A stretch of DNA of 64,000 bases from Gemmatimonadota bacterium. Its GTDB lineage: Bacteria; Gemmatimonadota; Gemmatimonadetes; Palauibacterales; KS3-K002. The translations under genes and the position numbers were made by a program. This document shows positions 18,759-29,804 of this stretch, piece by piece. The notes below the pieces were generated by a model. It did not search any database and had not been told where the DNA came from. It saw nothing but the letters and a program-made list of their open reading frames with translations. The DNA lies in assembly GCA_039586795.1 (NCBI GenBank), contig JBDHJS010000001.1, positions 32,001 to 96,000 on the forward strand. The letters run 5' to 3'. Numbering within the stretch: the stretch's first letter is position 1; every line of letters begins with the position of its first letter.

Positions 18759-19144
18759 TATGAACTCACTTTCGATCTAGAAGGCGCCACCTCCCGCGGG
18801 GCCGCGGCCGGATGACAGCGCTTGGCTCTCATCTCGTCCAGTTCACCCGCGACCTCCGGAACCGGGACATCAGCCAGCACCCGCCGGAGCATCTCGAGCA
18901 GGGTCCGCTGTTCTTCGCGCGTCGGCTCCGCGGGATGGTAGTAGACCCACAGACCATCCCGACGGTCCTGCAACAACCCGGCGTTGAGCAGGTAACGAAG
19001 GTGCCGGGACGCCTTGGACTGCGAAATCTCGAGAAACCGCTCAACCTCGCAGACGCAAAGTTCCCCGTGGCGGAAGATGAGAGCGAGGATCTGAAGGCGA
19101 ACGTCTTCGGAGAGCGCCTTGAACTGCTGCGTCAGCTGGAGCAT
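18758..19144 (-). CDS. arsR: Arsenic-responsive ArsR repressor
   Basis: ELCVCE metal site, [19 protein letters not shown]; start ATG 19144. Confidence 0.9.
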   Translation of the reverse strand: MLQLTQQFKALSEDVRLQILALIFRHGELCVCEVERFLEISQSKASRHLRYLLNAGLLQDRRDGLWVYYHPAEPTREEQRTLLEMLRRVLADVPVPEVAGELDEMRAKRCHPAAAPREVAPSRSKVSS

Positions 19145-19145
19145 G

Positions 19146-19175
19146 ATTATACCCGTGTATGCGGTTATACATGAC
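19146..19175 (-). promoter_or_regulatory. Candidate ArsR operator/promoter
   Basis: Imperfect inverted repeat ATACCCGTGT/ATGCGGTTAT (19149-19168) and TATAAT just upstream of arsR. Confidence 0.4.
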
Positions 19176-19254
19176 AAACATACCCCAGCCTGGCCCTCGC
19201 CACAAGAACGTGGGCCGCACGCGCGGGCAATTGCAGGCACGCGCGCTCCTGGCT

Positions 19255-20985
19255 TCATTGGCTGCCGAGGCGCACTTCCATTCGCGTCATGCCGCCCTTT
19301 TCAGAACGCACCGTAATCGAGAGACGCGGGTCACTTCCCGCCGAGCGTACCACGTACTCGAAGGTCCGGCGCGCGGCGGCTGTCCCAGTCCGGCCCTGGG
19401 TGTCCCGCGTGCCGAGAAGGTGGCCGAGGTCGGCCCGCGCCTGACCTGAGACCAGCTCTGCATCGGATAGGTCTAGAGTCACGCGGACCGGCACCGCGAC
19501 ATTCGCGTCCAGCGCCCGCCGTGTGATGTTCGTCGGCAGATAGCCTTCGTTCTCGACGACGCCGGTGATCTTGAACAGGCCGGAGCCCAACGACTCGGTC
19601 TCCACGTCCTTGAGAACCACCCGAGGGCTGATCTCAGCCAGCCACAGCATCCACGGCACGTACAACTCGAGCTCGCCCTTCAAGAACTGCGACGGTGGGT
19701 TCTGGCGCGTGAACTTGCTGCGCCAGCCGCCGATCTCGACCCGGCCAAGCTGGGGATGGTCGTAGGCCGTCCAATCGGCGAAGCCTTCACCGTCCAGCTC
19801 TTCCTCGTTCCATCGGTGCCGCTCGGCTTCCGAGACGTTGCCGTCATCATCGTAGTCGCGACCGAAGCCGCCCCAGAACTCGGGGACGAAGGCGACAACA
19901 CCGAAGTCCCAGTACGACCACGAAATCAAAGTGCCGTAACGGTGGATGCGCGGGTTGCTGTAGCTGGGAATTGCTCGTTGCCCGGTGGTCGATTCGTACT
20001 TACGCGACATCTCCAAGATCAAGGACTGGTCAGACAGAACGTAGTCGTCCCACGATGTAGTGGACGGGAGTCGGAACAGGAAGCCACCGGACGTGTGCCC
20101 ATGGAACACTCCGGTGATGTTGCGGTGCGAATTGAGGAACTCGATCGTCGCCCGGGTCTCGGGCTCAGACAATGGATAGGGTCCTGCACCGGTCTGCTCG
20201 AACTCCATCCCCCAGTTGCGCGGGAAGTTACGATTCATGTCGATGCCGCCTGGCCCATCTTCGTTGAACAGGCCGTCGTCATCGTCATCGATTCCCTCTG
20301 AGTAAACCGCGAAGAACTCGCCCTCGAAGTCCTCATCGCCGCGGCGCTCCATGATGCGCGAGTCGGACCGGTTCACCTTCCAGCGACCGTTGGCATTGGG
20401 CACACGCATCTGCGTGATGGCGCCGTCGCCGTCCAGGTCGTTCCCCGGATCCTCATCCAGTAATCCATCGCCGTCCTGGTCGTACGGGCGTGGGGTGCTC
20501 CGCAGGTTCTGCTCAGTATTCAGCGCGATGTCCGCGCCATCCGGATTGAACTTCGGCCGGACGTACAGCGTCCTCGTATCGACGAGGCGAGTGACCCGGT
20601 CATCACTGCCGTAGTTGGAGAGGAGATACCAGGCGAAGTGAAGCGCCACCTCGGCACCGGTCAGCTCGCCGGCGTGGATATTCCCATCGTAATAGTAGCC
20701 GGGTTTCTCGCCCGCTGCGCCCGTACCCTTGTTCGTGATCTCCAGGACGAGGAGCGGCGTACCCTCCAGCGTCTCACCGATGGAGTACAGCCGGGTTAGC
20801 TGCGGATACGCTTGCGCCCAATCCTCGAGCAACGCGTATGCCCGCTCGGTGGAGTGGTAGGTGTTCCAGCTGGGATCGCGGGGGTTCTCATCCTGGGCGA
20901 ACAGCGGTACCGCCGAAGAAGGAGCGAGCACCAGGCTCCAGCAGGCGAACACAATCAGATAACGCCTAATGGCATCAGCAGGCAT
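19255..20985 (-). CDS. Secreted M14 family zinc carboxypeptidase
   Basis: GNIHAGE (HxxE), NPDG, DMNRNFP, SEPET, GHTSG; acidic EF-like loops. Confidence 0.85.
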   Translation of the reverse strand: MPADAIRRYLIVFACWSLVLAPSSAVPLFAQDENPRDPSWNTYHSTERAYALLEDWAQAYPQLTRLYSIGETLEGTPLLVLEITNKGTGAAGEKPGYYYDGNIHAGELTGAEVALHFAWYLLSNYGSDDRVTRLVDTRTLYVRPKFNPDGADIALNTEQNLRSTPRPYDQDGDGLLDEDPGNDLDGDGAITQMRVPNANGRWKVNRSDSRIMERRGDEDFEGEFFAVYSEGIDDDDDGLFNEDGPGGIDMNRNFPRNWGMEFEQTGAGPYPLSEPETRATIEFLNSHRNITGVFHGHTSGGFLFRLPSTTSWDDYVLSDQSLILEMSRKYESTTGQRAIPSYSNPRIHRYGTLISWSYWDFGVVAFVPEFWGGFGRDYDDDGNVSEAERHRWNEEELDGEGFADWTAYDHPQLGRVEIGGWRSKFTRQNPPSQFLKGELELYVPWMLWLAEISPRVVLKDVETESLGSGLFKITGVVENEGYLPTNITRRALDANVAVPVRVTLDLSDAELVSGQARADLGHLLGTRDTQGRTGTAAARRTFEYVVRSAGSDPRLSITVRSEKGGMTRMEVRLGSQ

Positions 20986-21064
20986 ACGTGGGCTCCTGTG
21001 AGAAATGGGGGCTAGTCTGGGATGGCTAAAGATGCAGGCTGACCGGCCGCGCCGCGAGTGCGCG

Positions 21065-23965
21065 CTAGCGATGCTCCCGGCTGGCGAGCAGCGTCAGGCG
21101 CTCCGCCGCGTAGTCGACCAGCGGGCGAAGTTCGGGGTCGCAGTCGCGCCACAGCGCGATGAAGGTTTCGTAGTGATGGGCAGCCAGGGCATCGTCGCCC
21201 AGGCGCTCGTAGATCTCGGCGCGCTTGAGATGGGAAGGGGCCAGGTAGATCAACTCGCGCGACGAGCTGGCGGTGAACGAACTATACCAGTTGAGAGCTT
21301 CCTCTTCGCGACCGGCGGCGGCGAGCAACTCGGCCCGGGTATAGCGCTCGAAGGCCTGCGCGTAGAAGAGTGAGGCGGCCATGTTCTGGTACCAGCTTTG
21401 TACCGTCGCCTGCTCCAACTCGTGGATGGCATCCTCAGGTTCTCCCTCGGCGATAGCGACCTGAGCGCGGATCGACTGGGCGAGGTCGCCCGCCAGCTCG
21501 GTCACCTCGTCGGGTCCGTCGAGCTGCCCCAACTCCTGTGCGTACTGCAGCGCCGCGCCGCCGTCATCGAGTCGCGCGCTCAGAAGTCCCAGCAGGTAGA
21601 GCCTCAGGTGCGCGTGCGCTTCATCGTGAACGCTGGACCACGTCATGCGCGCCGCGCTCTGGCGCCACTCGTCTGACGTCCAACCCCGAAGCTCGGATCG
21701 AATGGCTTCCAGCTCCGCGTCAGTTGTACCCAGAAACGGAGTGGCGGAAAGCAGCGCCCTGTACTCGAGCGCCGAAACGGCATCAAGGGAGGACGCGATA
21801 TTCAATTCTACCCTGGCGTCCCGCCATTTCCCCTGAGCCAGGAGCAGCGATGCGCGGATCGTGTGTCCCAGCGCGCGTACATCGGAGGGGTAGGCGGGGT
21901 CGGTGAGCATGCCGACGACTCCCACGGCGCCATCCAGGTTGAGCGTGAAGACCGGGACGCTCCAACTCATGACCATCAACTGGTCGAGCTCGGCGAATCG
22001 CATCTCGGACATGACTTGCTGCTGACCCTGCTCGTCACCGATCACGAACTCCCGCAGCGCGCGAACCTCGAGCGCCCTGTCGTCGTCGGGATGAAGCGCC
22101 AGGTAACGTTCGACCAGCTCTACCAGCTCATCCGCATCCCCTTCCAGGGCGGAAATCCGGATCAAGTGCGTTAGGGCGTGGACTTCGTTGGGCTCGAAGA
22201 ACAGGACGCGCTCGAAGGGCGCTCGGGCCTCACCGATGGAGCGACCGTAGTACGGAGCGAAGTGGAAGAGAAGCTCACCCAGCTGGATCCACGCCTCAAC
22301 GTCATCCGGGTGCGTGCTGAGGATCGCGCGGTAGAGACGCTCCGACTCCCTGGGATCGCCCAGCCGGTAGGCGTGAAACGCCTCGAACAGGTCACGGTCG
22401 TGATCGGAGAGCCGACTGCTCAGGCGGTAAGCCTGTTGGGCGCTGAGTTCGACGAGATCGGAGCGCACCATCCAGTCGGCGGCGACGCCGAGGCGATACC
22501 AGGCGAGGGCGAAGGTGGTGTCGAGCTCGGTAGCGAGCTGGAACGCTTCGGCCGCCGGCGCGAAGTACCCCGCGCGAAACGCCCGCTCCCCCTCCAGGTA
22601 AGCCTTGAGCGCCGGTAGCGAGCTGGTCGTCACTTCGGCGATGCGAGTCGCGCCGCTCCCAAGGCTTTGGCCGACGAGAAGCTGCGCGGCTACCTCGTCG
22701 ACGAGATCGAAGAGACTCTCAGCACCGCCCTCGGCAGATGCGTGGGCGACGGCGTCGAGCCCCGCATTCGGATCGAACAGCGACGCGTCGAGCTTCAAGT
22801 TTCCGCGCACCTCGACGATACTGCCGAGCACGTAGAGGCCAGCGCCCAGACCGCTTGCAATACCCTGCGCCTCCTCAGGATCCGGCACGCCCAGGCCTTC
22901 TTGCTCCACCAGGCTCAGCACGGCGCGCGGGTCGGCGCTGCGCAATTCTCCCGCGCCGTCCAGCGCGGTGCTCAGCAAGTCGACCATCCCCATGCTGAGA
23001 TAATCGAAGCTGCTGCTGCCACCCACCGAGAACGGCAGCACGGCGATCCGCATCTGCGAGACCGGCGGCGATCGTGGCATCCACAGGTCACGCAACCCCC
23101 AGGCGCCGCCGACGACGATCACCAGCGCGAGCGTCGCGGCCAGCGCTTTCGACAGCAGCGTGGCATGGCGTGCGGCCGATCCTTCCTGCGCTCGGTTGAG
23201 CGCAGCGCGAAAGGCGCCCGCGTCGGCCCAGCGGTCGGCCGGCTTCATGGCGAGGGCGCGCTTAAGGACTCGAGCCAGATTCTGGGGTACGCCCGTCCAG
23301 TCCGCCTCCTTGACCGGCGTGAGCATCGACCAGCGGCGGCCGGTGAGGGAGTCGTAGAGTACCATTCCGACGGCATAGAGGTCGGTTTGCGTCGTGACTT
23401 CATCACCCGTGACCTGCTCCGGCGCCATGTGGCCCGGCGTCCCCACCCGCTGGCCCGGCTCGGTGATGGTGGAATCTCTATCGTGGTGCTTGGCGATCCC
23501 GAAGTCGCCGAGCAACGCATGGTCGTCAACGAGGAAGATGTTGCTCGGCTTGATGTCGCGATGGACGATGCCGCTCCCGTGCACCGTTTCCAGCGCCGAG
23601 AGCATGTCGTTCCCCAACTTCACCGCCTCTTCACGGGGCAGCGGGCCGCGATCCAGCCGCTCCTTCAGCGTCTCCCCTTCCACATAGTCCATGATGTAGT
23701 AGAAGGACTCGCCGATCTCGCCGGCGTGGTAGATGGAAACGACGTTGGGATGCCGGATGCGAGCCAGGATTCGGGCTTCTTCGAGGAGACGTTTCGATGC
23801 CCGGGGGTCATCGAGATCGTGACGGTGGACCTTCACGGCGACGGTCCGGTCCAGCACCGTGTCGTGGGCCAGGAAGACCGTCCCCATCCCACCGCTCGCC
23901 AGCTCCCGCTCCACCTCGTACTGAGGCGGAAGAGCTTCGCGCAGCCGCTCGAGCAGAGAGCTCAT
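21065..23965 (-). CDS. Hanks-type Ser/Thr kinase with TM helix and TolB-like/TPR C-terminal region
   Basis: GGMGTV, VAVK, HRDIKPSN, DFG, GTPGHMAPEQ; IAVLPF. Confidence 0.9.
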   Translation of the reverse strand: MSSLLERLREALPPQYEVERELASGGMGTVFLAHDTVLDRTVAVKVHRHDLDDPRASKRLLEEARILARIRHPNVVSIYHAGEIGESFYYIMDYVEGETLKERLDRGPLPREEAVKLGNDMLSALETVHGSGIVHRDIKPSNIFLVDDHALLGDFGIAKHHDRDSTITEPGQRVGTPGHMAPEQVTGDEVTTQTDLYAVGMVLYDSLTGRRWSMLTPVKEADWTGVPQNLARVLKRALAMKPADRWADAGAFRAALNRAQEGSAARHATLLSKALAATLALVIVVGGAWGLRDLWMPRSPPVSQMRIAVLPFSVGGSSSFDYLSMGMVDLLSTALDGAGELRSADPRAVLSLVEQEGLGVPDPEEAQGIASGLGAGLYVLGSIVEVRGNLKLDASLFDPNAGLDAVAHASAEGGAESLFDLVDEVAAQLLVGQSLGSGATRIAEVTTSSLPALKAYLEGERAFRAGYFAPAAEAFQLATELDTTFALAWYRLGVAADWMVRSDLVELSAQQAYRLSSRLSDHDRDLFEAFHAYRLGDPRESERLYRAILSTHPDDVEAWIQLGELLFHFAPYYGRSIGEARAPFERVLFFEPNEVHALTHLIRISALEGDADELVELVERYLALHPDDDRALEVRALREFVIGDEQGQQQVMSEMRFAELDQLMVMSWSVPVFTLNLDGAVGVVGMLTDPAYPSDVRALGHTIRASLLLAQGKWRDARVELNIASSLDAVSALEYRALLSATPFLGTTDAELEAIRSELRGWTSDEWRQSAARMTWSSVHDEAHAHLRLYLLGLLSARLDDGGAALQYAQELGQLDGPDEVTELAGDLAQSIRAQVAIAEGEPEDAIHELEQATVQSWYQNMAASLFYAQAFERYTRAELLAAAGREEEALNWYSSFTASSSRELIYLAPSHLKRAEIYERLGDDALAAHHYETFIALWRDCDPELRPLVDYAAERLTLLASREHR

Positions 23966-24121
23966 GCGCGCTCTAACCTATGGAATGGGAGAGCACGAAC
24001 CCAGGTATGGGGCCCAGGAAGGCGCAAAAGGACCGATCGCAGCGAGGACCTCCGGTGTCGGGGCGTCGTTCGGGAACTGCTGGCCGCCAAGAAGATGGGG
24101 CTTTGGGGGATTTAAGGCCAG

Positions 24122-25045
24122 TTATCCCGCACAATTCCGCCAGGCGATGCCCAGCGCGACGATCACAAGGGCGGCGACTGCTGGAAGAACCCAGGCGGGC
24201 ATTCTCGAGCGCGAGCCTTCCCCTGAATTCCGGATCGACGCGGCGAACTCGCCAACGCTACCCTGCCGTTCCGCCGGGCGTTTGCTCAGCGCTTTCATCA
24301 GCGCCCCCCGCATGCCCCCGGGAACGGAGCCGGGAAGCGGCTCGGGCCTCTCGTAGATGTGCTGTTTCAGAATGTCCGAGATGTTCGCTCCCACGAACGG
24401 TGGTTGCCCGGTCAGCAACTCGTAGACCACGCAGGCCAGGCTGTAGAGATCGGTTCGCGCGTCAATCGTCTCCAACCCCGCCAACTGCTCAGGGCTGACG
24501 TAGAGCGGCGTCCCGACGATGGAGCCGGTGGCGGTAAGCGTGGCCTGATCGGCACCGCACATCGCGCGCGCCAATCCGAAGTCGGCGACGATCGCTTCGC
24601 CGTTGGAGACGAGAATGTTCTCCGGCTTTATGTCCCGATGCACGATACCCTGTTGGTGCGCGTGCTCGAGTGCCTCGGCCACATCAATAGTGAGCTTGAT
24701 CGCCTCCTCCACCGGCAGCTTCCCGCGGCGTCGAATCAGGTCACGCAGCGATTCACCATCGACGAACGGCGTAACGTAGTAGGCCAAATCCCCCGCCGTC
24801 CCCGAGTCGAGGAGCGGGAGGATGTGGGGGTGCTGCAGCTTCGCGGTCACTCGAATCTCACGCTCGAATCGAGTCAGCTCGGCGCCCGAGGCAAGCTCCG
24901 GGTGGATCACCTTGATCGCGACGGAACGTTCGTGCTTGCGATCGCGAGCGCGGAAGACCGTCCCCATGCCGCCGGCGCCGATCTCGTCCTCCAGCTCGTA
25001 GGTATCGGACAGCGCTTCGTGGATTATCTCGTGGGGATCGCCCAT
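24122..25045 (-). CDS. Hanks-type Ser/Thr kinase with C-terminal membrane anchor
   Basis: GAGGMGTV, HRDIKPEN, DFGLA, GTPLYVSPEQ. Confidence 0.9.
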   Translation of the reverse strand: MGDPHEIIHEALSDTYELEDEIGAGGMGTVFRARDRKHERSVAIKVIHPELASGAELTRFEREIRVTAKLQHPHILPLLDSGTAGDLAYYVTPFVDGESLRDLIRRRGKLPVEEAIKLTIDVAEALEHAHQQGIVHRDIKPENILVSNGEAIVADFGLARAMCGADQATLTATGSIVGTPLYVSPEQLAGLETIDARTDLYSLACVVYELLTGQPPFVGANISDILKQHIYERPEPLPGSVPGGMRGALMKALSKRPAERQGSVGEFAASIRNSGEGSRSRMPAWVLPAVAALVIVALGIAWRNCAG

Positions 25046-25146
25046 GCTAGCCCGGGAGCGTGTAGTCTTTGAGGTTCAGCCGTCGCGATTGAACACCGAA
25101 TGATGACTGCAGATATCGACTCGACGCAACCGGTGCCGCTGACGCC

Positions 25147-26415
25147 TCAGGCCGCGTCGGTGCCTTCGTGATCGATGGAAGGTGGCTTGCCGTACTCCCT
25201 ACTTCGTAGCGTGAGAACCGTGACCTCGGGAGGCGTGCCGATGCGAAACGGGATTCCCCAGTAGTTGGTGCCCGGGTTGATGTAGAGCAGCGATTCCCCC
25301 TGACGATGGACTCCCATCGACAAAGCCAGGAATGGTGAGGCGGCGTTCCAGTTGCGGCTGGGAATTGCCAGCTGGCCGTAGTGGGTGTGACCGCTGAGCG
25401 TCAGGTCGACTCCGCGAGCGGCGAGTTCCGGCCACAAGGCGGGGTTGTGCGCCAGGGCGAGAACCGGCTCGCCCTTCGGAATACGAGCGAGCGTGCGATC
25501 GATATCGGGCGCCGCATTCCGACCTTCGTGATTCCACGCTCGTCCGGCGGGGTCGCCGGCACCGGCGACCCAGAGCCGGTCGCCGCCGCGCTCAACCGCA
25601 ACGGCCTCGTTCACCAGCACGGTGAAGCCGCCATCCAACAGCCCCTGCCGCACCGGACCCCAACCCGCGTAAACATCGTGGTTGCCCGCGATGGCGAAAA
25701 CGCCGAGCGGAGCATCCAGGTCGCTGAAGGCTTCGTTGAAGTACTCGACATCGCGTGGGAAATCGTCGACCTGGTCGCCGGTGAAGACGATGATGTCGGG
25801 ATGCGCGTTCCGCGCCGCATCCGCGACACGCGTCAGGTAGCGCCGCGACGTGTGCGGACCGACATGTAGGTCGGAAATCTGGACGATACGCAGCCCATCG
25901 AAGTCGTCGGGCAAGTTTGGCAACAAAACATCGAGGTGCCGCACGACCAGTCGTCGTGATCCTAGATAACCGGCCAGCGAAACGATACCCAGCAACGCAC
26001 CGACCGTCGCCAAACCCCAGCGGCCCGCCACGCCTCCTGCTCCGAACCACACACCCACGGCGGCCACCGTCACACCCGCCACGGCAAGCAGCGGCATGAC
26101 CAGCATGGCGTACCAAAACGGCCGGAGCACGAACAATCGAGTGAGCGCGGAGGGATAGGTGGCGCCGCCCAGGCCACGCACCAAGACGAACACCGGTAGG
26201 CCGCCCAGCATTGCTACGCCGGCGACCGTCACCCACCCGCCGGGCAGGACGGGTTGGAGCAACGAACCCACCACCAGCCAGGACCCGCCGAGCCATACCG
26301 CGATGAACGTGAGCACCCGGCGAAGTGGAAACGTCCGCCTTCGCTTCACTTCAGCGCTCTGAGCGCGCTCCGATTCCGGCCGCTGGATCGTGTCCAGCGC
26401 TCTGTCTCCCGTCAC
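25147..26415 (-). CDS. Membrane-anchored metallophosphoesterase (YkuE/YaeI-like)
   Basis: SDLH, GD.VD, GNHD, AHNP, GHTHYGQ. Confidence 0.9.
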   Translation of the reverse strand: MTGDRALDTIQRPESERAQSAEVKRRRTFPLRRVLTFIAVWLGGSWLVVGSLLQPVLPGGWVTVAGVAMLGGLPVFVLVRGLGGATYPSALTRLFVLRPFWYAMLVMPLLAVAGVTVAAVGVWFGAGGVAGRWGLATVGALLGIVSLAGYLGSRRLVVRHLDVLLPNLPDDFDGLRIVQISDLHVGPHTSRRYLTRVADAARNAHPDIIVFTGDQVDDFPRDVEYFNEAFSDLDAPLGVFAIAGNHDVYAGWGPVRQGLLDGGFTVLVNEAVAVERGGDRLWVAGAGDPAGRAWNHEGRNAAPDIDRTLARIPKGEPVLALAHNPALWPELAARGVDLTLSGHTHYGQLAIPSRNWNAASPFLALSMGVHRQGESLLYINPGTNYWGIPFRIGTPPEVTVLTLRSREYGKPPSIDHEGTDAA

Positions 26416-28928
26416 CGGGTCGCCCCGCTGATATCGACCTTTCTGAGGCGCGCGCTGTTGCTGACGACGTTGATGGAGCTGAAAGCCATGGCGGCTTCGG
26501 CGATGGCCGGGTGGAGGAAGCCCAGAATCGCGACGGGTATCGCGATCACGTTGTAGAAGTAAGCCCAGAACAGGTTCTGTCGGATCTTGCGGAACGTGGC
26601 CCGAGATAGACGGATCGCTTTCACAACCGCCGACAGATTGCCCTGCACGAGGGTCACGTCTGCGGCCTCGATGGCGATATCGGTGCCGGTGCCGATGGCG
26701 ATACCCACGTTCGCTTGCTTGAGCGCCGGCGCGTCGTTGATGCCATCGCCGACCATAGCGACGTCGCGGCCTTCGCTCTGCAACCGACGCACCTCGTCCA
26801 CCTTCTGATCGGGCAGTACCTCGGCGATCACACGATCGATGCCGACTTCTCGGGCAATGGCGTTCGCGGTGCGTTGATTGTCGCCGGTAAGCATGACGGT
26901 CTCGAGGCCGAAGCGCTTGAGCTCCGCGATGGCTTCCTTCGAGTCGTCTTTCAGCGTATCGGCCACGGCGATCACCCCCGCAAGTCGATCGCCGACCCCA
27001 ACAAACATTGCGGTCTTGGCCTCATCCTCCAGGCGATCCAGTTCCGTGGCCAGCTGATCGAGCGTGATATCGTGTTCCTCCATCAACCGGGCGTTCCCGA
27101 CGACCACGAGCTGCCCCTCGATCGTCGCGACGACGCCGCGACCGACGGCCGCTTCGAACCGTGATGCGCTACTGGCAGTCACACCGCGCTTCAGCGCTTC
27201 AGCCACGATGGCGCTACCCAAAGGATGTTCGGATCCCAGCTCGGCGCCGGCAGCGTACCTGAGCACTTCGTTCGCATCTCGGCCCGCCGCCGGCACGATA
27301 TCGGTCACACCCGGTTCGCCCCTGGTGATAGTGCCTGTCTTGTCGAGGACGATCGTGTCGACCTCTTTGAGAGTTTGGATCGCCGCTCCGCTCCGGAACA
27401 ACACACCGTTCTCGGCGCCCATGCCGGTACCGACCATCAGCGCCGTAGGCGTGGCGAGGCCGAGGGCGCACGGACAGGCGATGACCAACACGGCCACTGC
27501 GGCGAATATCGCCAGCGAAACGCGACTCAAGCTCGGGTCGACCCACGGCAGAAAGCCCGAAGCCCATTCGGCGATCGAAGCGAAGGCGCCGGGGAAGATG
27601 AGCCAGGCGAGGAACGTGGCGGTGGCAACCGCCAGAACCGTCGGAACGAAGACGGCGGTCACACGATCGGCGAACTGCTGTATCGGGACCTTCGTGCCCT
27701 GGGCCTCTTCCACCATGCGGATGACGTTGGCCAGGAAAGTGTCCTCGCCGACGCCGGTGGCCCGGACCCGAAGCAGTCCTTCTTTGTTGATCGTGGCACC
27801 GATGACCCGGTCGCCCTCAGCCTTCTCCACCGGCATCGATTCGCCCGTAGCCAGTGACTCATCGACTGAAGAGTGGCCGCCAATCACTTCGCCGTCGGTG
27901 GGAATCTTCTCGCCGGGCCGCACGATCATCACGTCGCCGACTTCAACCTCTTCGATGGGCACCTCGACCTCGGCACCGTCCCGCTCGACGCGAGCGGTCT
28001 TCGCCTCCAACGACAGCAGCTTCTGAATCGCGGCGGACGTACGACCGCGGGCCCTGGTCTCCACGTAACGGCCGGTGAGGTGGATGGCCATGATCATTCC
28101 ACCGACGCCCGCATAGTTGAGCAGCTTGGGCGCAAAGCCCAGATCGTAAGCGACGGTGACGAAACCAGTGGCGAAGGCGACGGTGGAGCCGATGGCGATG
28201 AGGGTGTCCATCGTCGGCGTGCCGTTCACCAGACTCCGGAAGCCAGCGCGAACTGTGTCCCAGCCCCAAACGAACAGGACCGGTGCGGCGAGGACGATCA
28301 TCCCGATGTCATAGGCGAGCGCGGAGGGCCACATGACACCGAAGAACATGTGGGGGATCATCCAGGCGATGATCGGCGCGGTCAGCACCCAGGCGAAGAC
28401 CATCCGGCGTTGCGCATCATCGACCTTACGCTGGTCTTCCTCGAGACGCTCCCGCTCCCGTGCCAGACGGCGCTCGGCGCCCGCGCGCTCAACAGAAGCC
28501 ACGCCGTAGCCCGCGGCCTCCACCGCGGCACGCATGTCATCGACGCGAACCTGACCGGGGATGTGCGACACGGTCGCCTTGTGAGTCGCGATGTTCACAG
28601 CCGCCGAGTCCACGCCATCCAGTTCGGCCAGAGCCTTCTCTACCGCTGCCGAGCACGAGGCACAGTGCATCCCCTCAACATCGAGAACGACCGTCTGCGG
28701 CTTCGCCTTGACCTCAAAGCCCGCCTTCTCCACGGCACGGCGAAAGTCATCGAGCCCGACCTGGCCGCCGTAGTATTCAACCGTCGCCTTTTCGGTTGCC
28801 AGGTTCACACTCGCCTGCTCCACACCGTCCAGTCCGGCCAGCGCTTTCTCCACCGCCGCGGAACACGACGCGCAGTGCATGCCGCCGATCTCGAGCGTCT
28901 CTTTCTTCAATGTTCGTTGAGCCATCAT
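26412..28928 (-). CDS. copA: Cu(I)-translocating P1B-type ATPase
   Basis: Two GMHCASC HMA domains, [42 protein letters not shown]. Confidence 0.95.
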   Translation of the reverse strand: MMAQRTLKKETLEIGGMHCASCSAAVEKALAGLDGVEQASVNLATEKATVEYYGGQVGLDDFRRAVEKAGFEVKAKPQTVVLDVEGMHCASCSAAVEKALAELDGVDSAAVNIATHKATVSHIPGQVRVDDMRAAVEAAGYGVASVERAGAERRLARERERLEEDQRKVDDAQRRMVFAWVLTAPIIAWMIPHMFFGVMWPSALAYDIGMIVLAAPVLFVWGWDTVRAGFRSLVNGTPTMDTLIAIGSTVAFATGFVTVAYDLGFAPKLLNYAGVGGMIMAIHLTGRYVETRARGRTSAAIQKLLSLEAKTARVERDGAEVEVPIEEVEVGDVMIVRPGEKIPTDGEVIGGHSSVDESLATGESMPVEKAEGDRVIGATINKEGLLRVRATGVGEDTFLANVIRMVEEAQGTKVPIQQFADRVTAVFVPTVLAVATATFLAWLIFPGAFASIAEWASGFLPWVDPSLSRVSLAIFAAVAVLVIACPCALGLATPTALMVGTGMGAENGVLFRSGAAIQTLKEVDTIVLDKTGTITRGEPGVTDIVPAAGRDANEVLRYAAGAELGSEHPLGSAIVAEALKRGVTASSASRFEAAVGRGVVATIEGQLVVVGNARLMEEHDITLDQLATELDRLEDEAKTAMFVGVGDRLAGVIAVADTLKDDSKEAIAELKRFGLETVMLTGDNQRTANAIAREVGIDRVIAEVLPDQKVDEVRRLQSEGRDVAMVGDGINDAPALKQANVGIAIGTGTDIAIEAADVTLVQGNLSAVVKAIRLSRATFRKIRQNLFWAYFYNVIAIPVAILGFLHPAIAEAAMAFSSINVVSNSARLRKVDISGATR

Positions 28929-28939
28929 CAGATTCCGCC

Positions 28940-28986
28940 AAAACAACGGGCGCCGGCCCCGGAATGTTCTCCGGAGCCCACGCCCG
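28940..28986 (-). terminator. Terminator-like hairpin between Spy-like gene and copA
   Basis: Minus strand CGGGCG..CTCCGGA-loop-TCCGGGG..CGCCCG followed by TTGTTTT. Confidence 0.5.
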
Positions 28987-29005
28987 AGTCTATTCAGTTC
29001 AGACC

Positions 29006-29061
29006 GCTTACTGCTTAGCGCTTACCACCCACTACCTACCACCTACCACTCACCACCTACC
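29006..29061 (-). repeat. Eight degenerate tandem 7-mers starting at the stop codon
   Basis: Minus strand GGTAGGT GGTGAGT GGTAGGT GGTAGGT AGTGGGT GGTAAGC GCTAAGC AGTAAGC. Confidence 0.8.
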
Positions 29062-29713
29062 GACCGCCACCGCCCTCTTCGTGGTGCACCCGATGCCGCA
29101 TCCGCATACCCTGCCCATCGCCCTCACCTTCCATATGCATACGCATCTGCCGCATACCCTGACGGCGAAATACCTCGGCGCCTTCCTTCCAAGTCTCGAA
29201 CTTCTGGCGCTGCGCATCGTTCAGCACGCCCAACGTCTGGCGCTCCACGTCGATGAAGCTCTTGGCCTGGGCGGTGCGGAGTCGAGCCAGCTCGTCGATG
29301 GCGCTCTCCATCGCGTCGTAGTCGTCGGCTCTGCGGGCTTCGGCGAGCGCTTCGGCCTGCTTCTGCATCTGCTCGCGCATGCCGGTCATCAGCGCCTGGT
29401 GGCTGGTGTGTACGCCCTCGAGCTGAGTGACCTGCTCCTCGGAGAGCTCGAGATCGTCCTTGAGGCCGATCAGGAAATGCGGGCCGAGGTGCGCCGCTCC
29501 CATGCGGGCGCTGGTCCTCATGTGCCGCATGCCCTGCCGCATACCCCGCATGCTCATCCGGCCCTGTCGGCCCATCTGGCGCATCATGCCGCGGTGAGCG
29601 CGCCGCATCTGCGCCGTGGTATCCTGCTCTGCTTCTTGAGCAGCGCCAACCGCAGGTAGCGCCAGGAGCGCCGCCAACGCGAGTGCTGCTGCTGCTGGGA
29701 ATCGCATATTCAT
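29057..29713 (-). CDS. Periplasmic Spy/CpxP-fold protein with Met/His-rich arms (putative copper-binding)
   Basis: Signal peptide; LELSEEQ and LNDAQRQ LTxxQ-like motifs; Met/His-rich N- and C-terminal stretches. Confidence 0.75.
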   Translation of the reverse strand: MNMRFPAAAALALAALLALPAVGAAQEAEQDTTAQMRRAHRGMMRQMGRQGRMSMRGMRQGMRHMRTSARMGAAHLGPHFLIGLKDDLELSEEQVTQLEGVHTSHQALMTGMREQMQKQAEALAEARRADDYDAMESAIDELARLRTAQAKSFIDVERQTLGVLNDAQRQKFETWKEGAEVFRRQGMRQMRMHMEGEGDGQGMRMRHRVHHEEGGGGR

Positions 29714-29804
29714 CTTGCCCAAACCTCCATCAAAGCTGTCGGTGCCGCGTCTACAATACTGACAGCTAACGATCCGAAAACGCTAGCTGACGGTCGGCGC
29801 CCGA

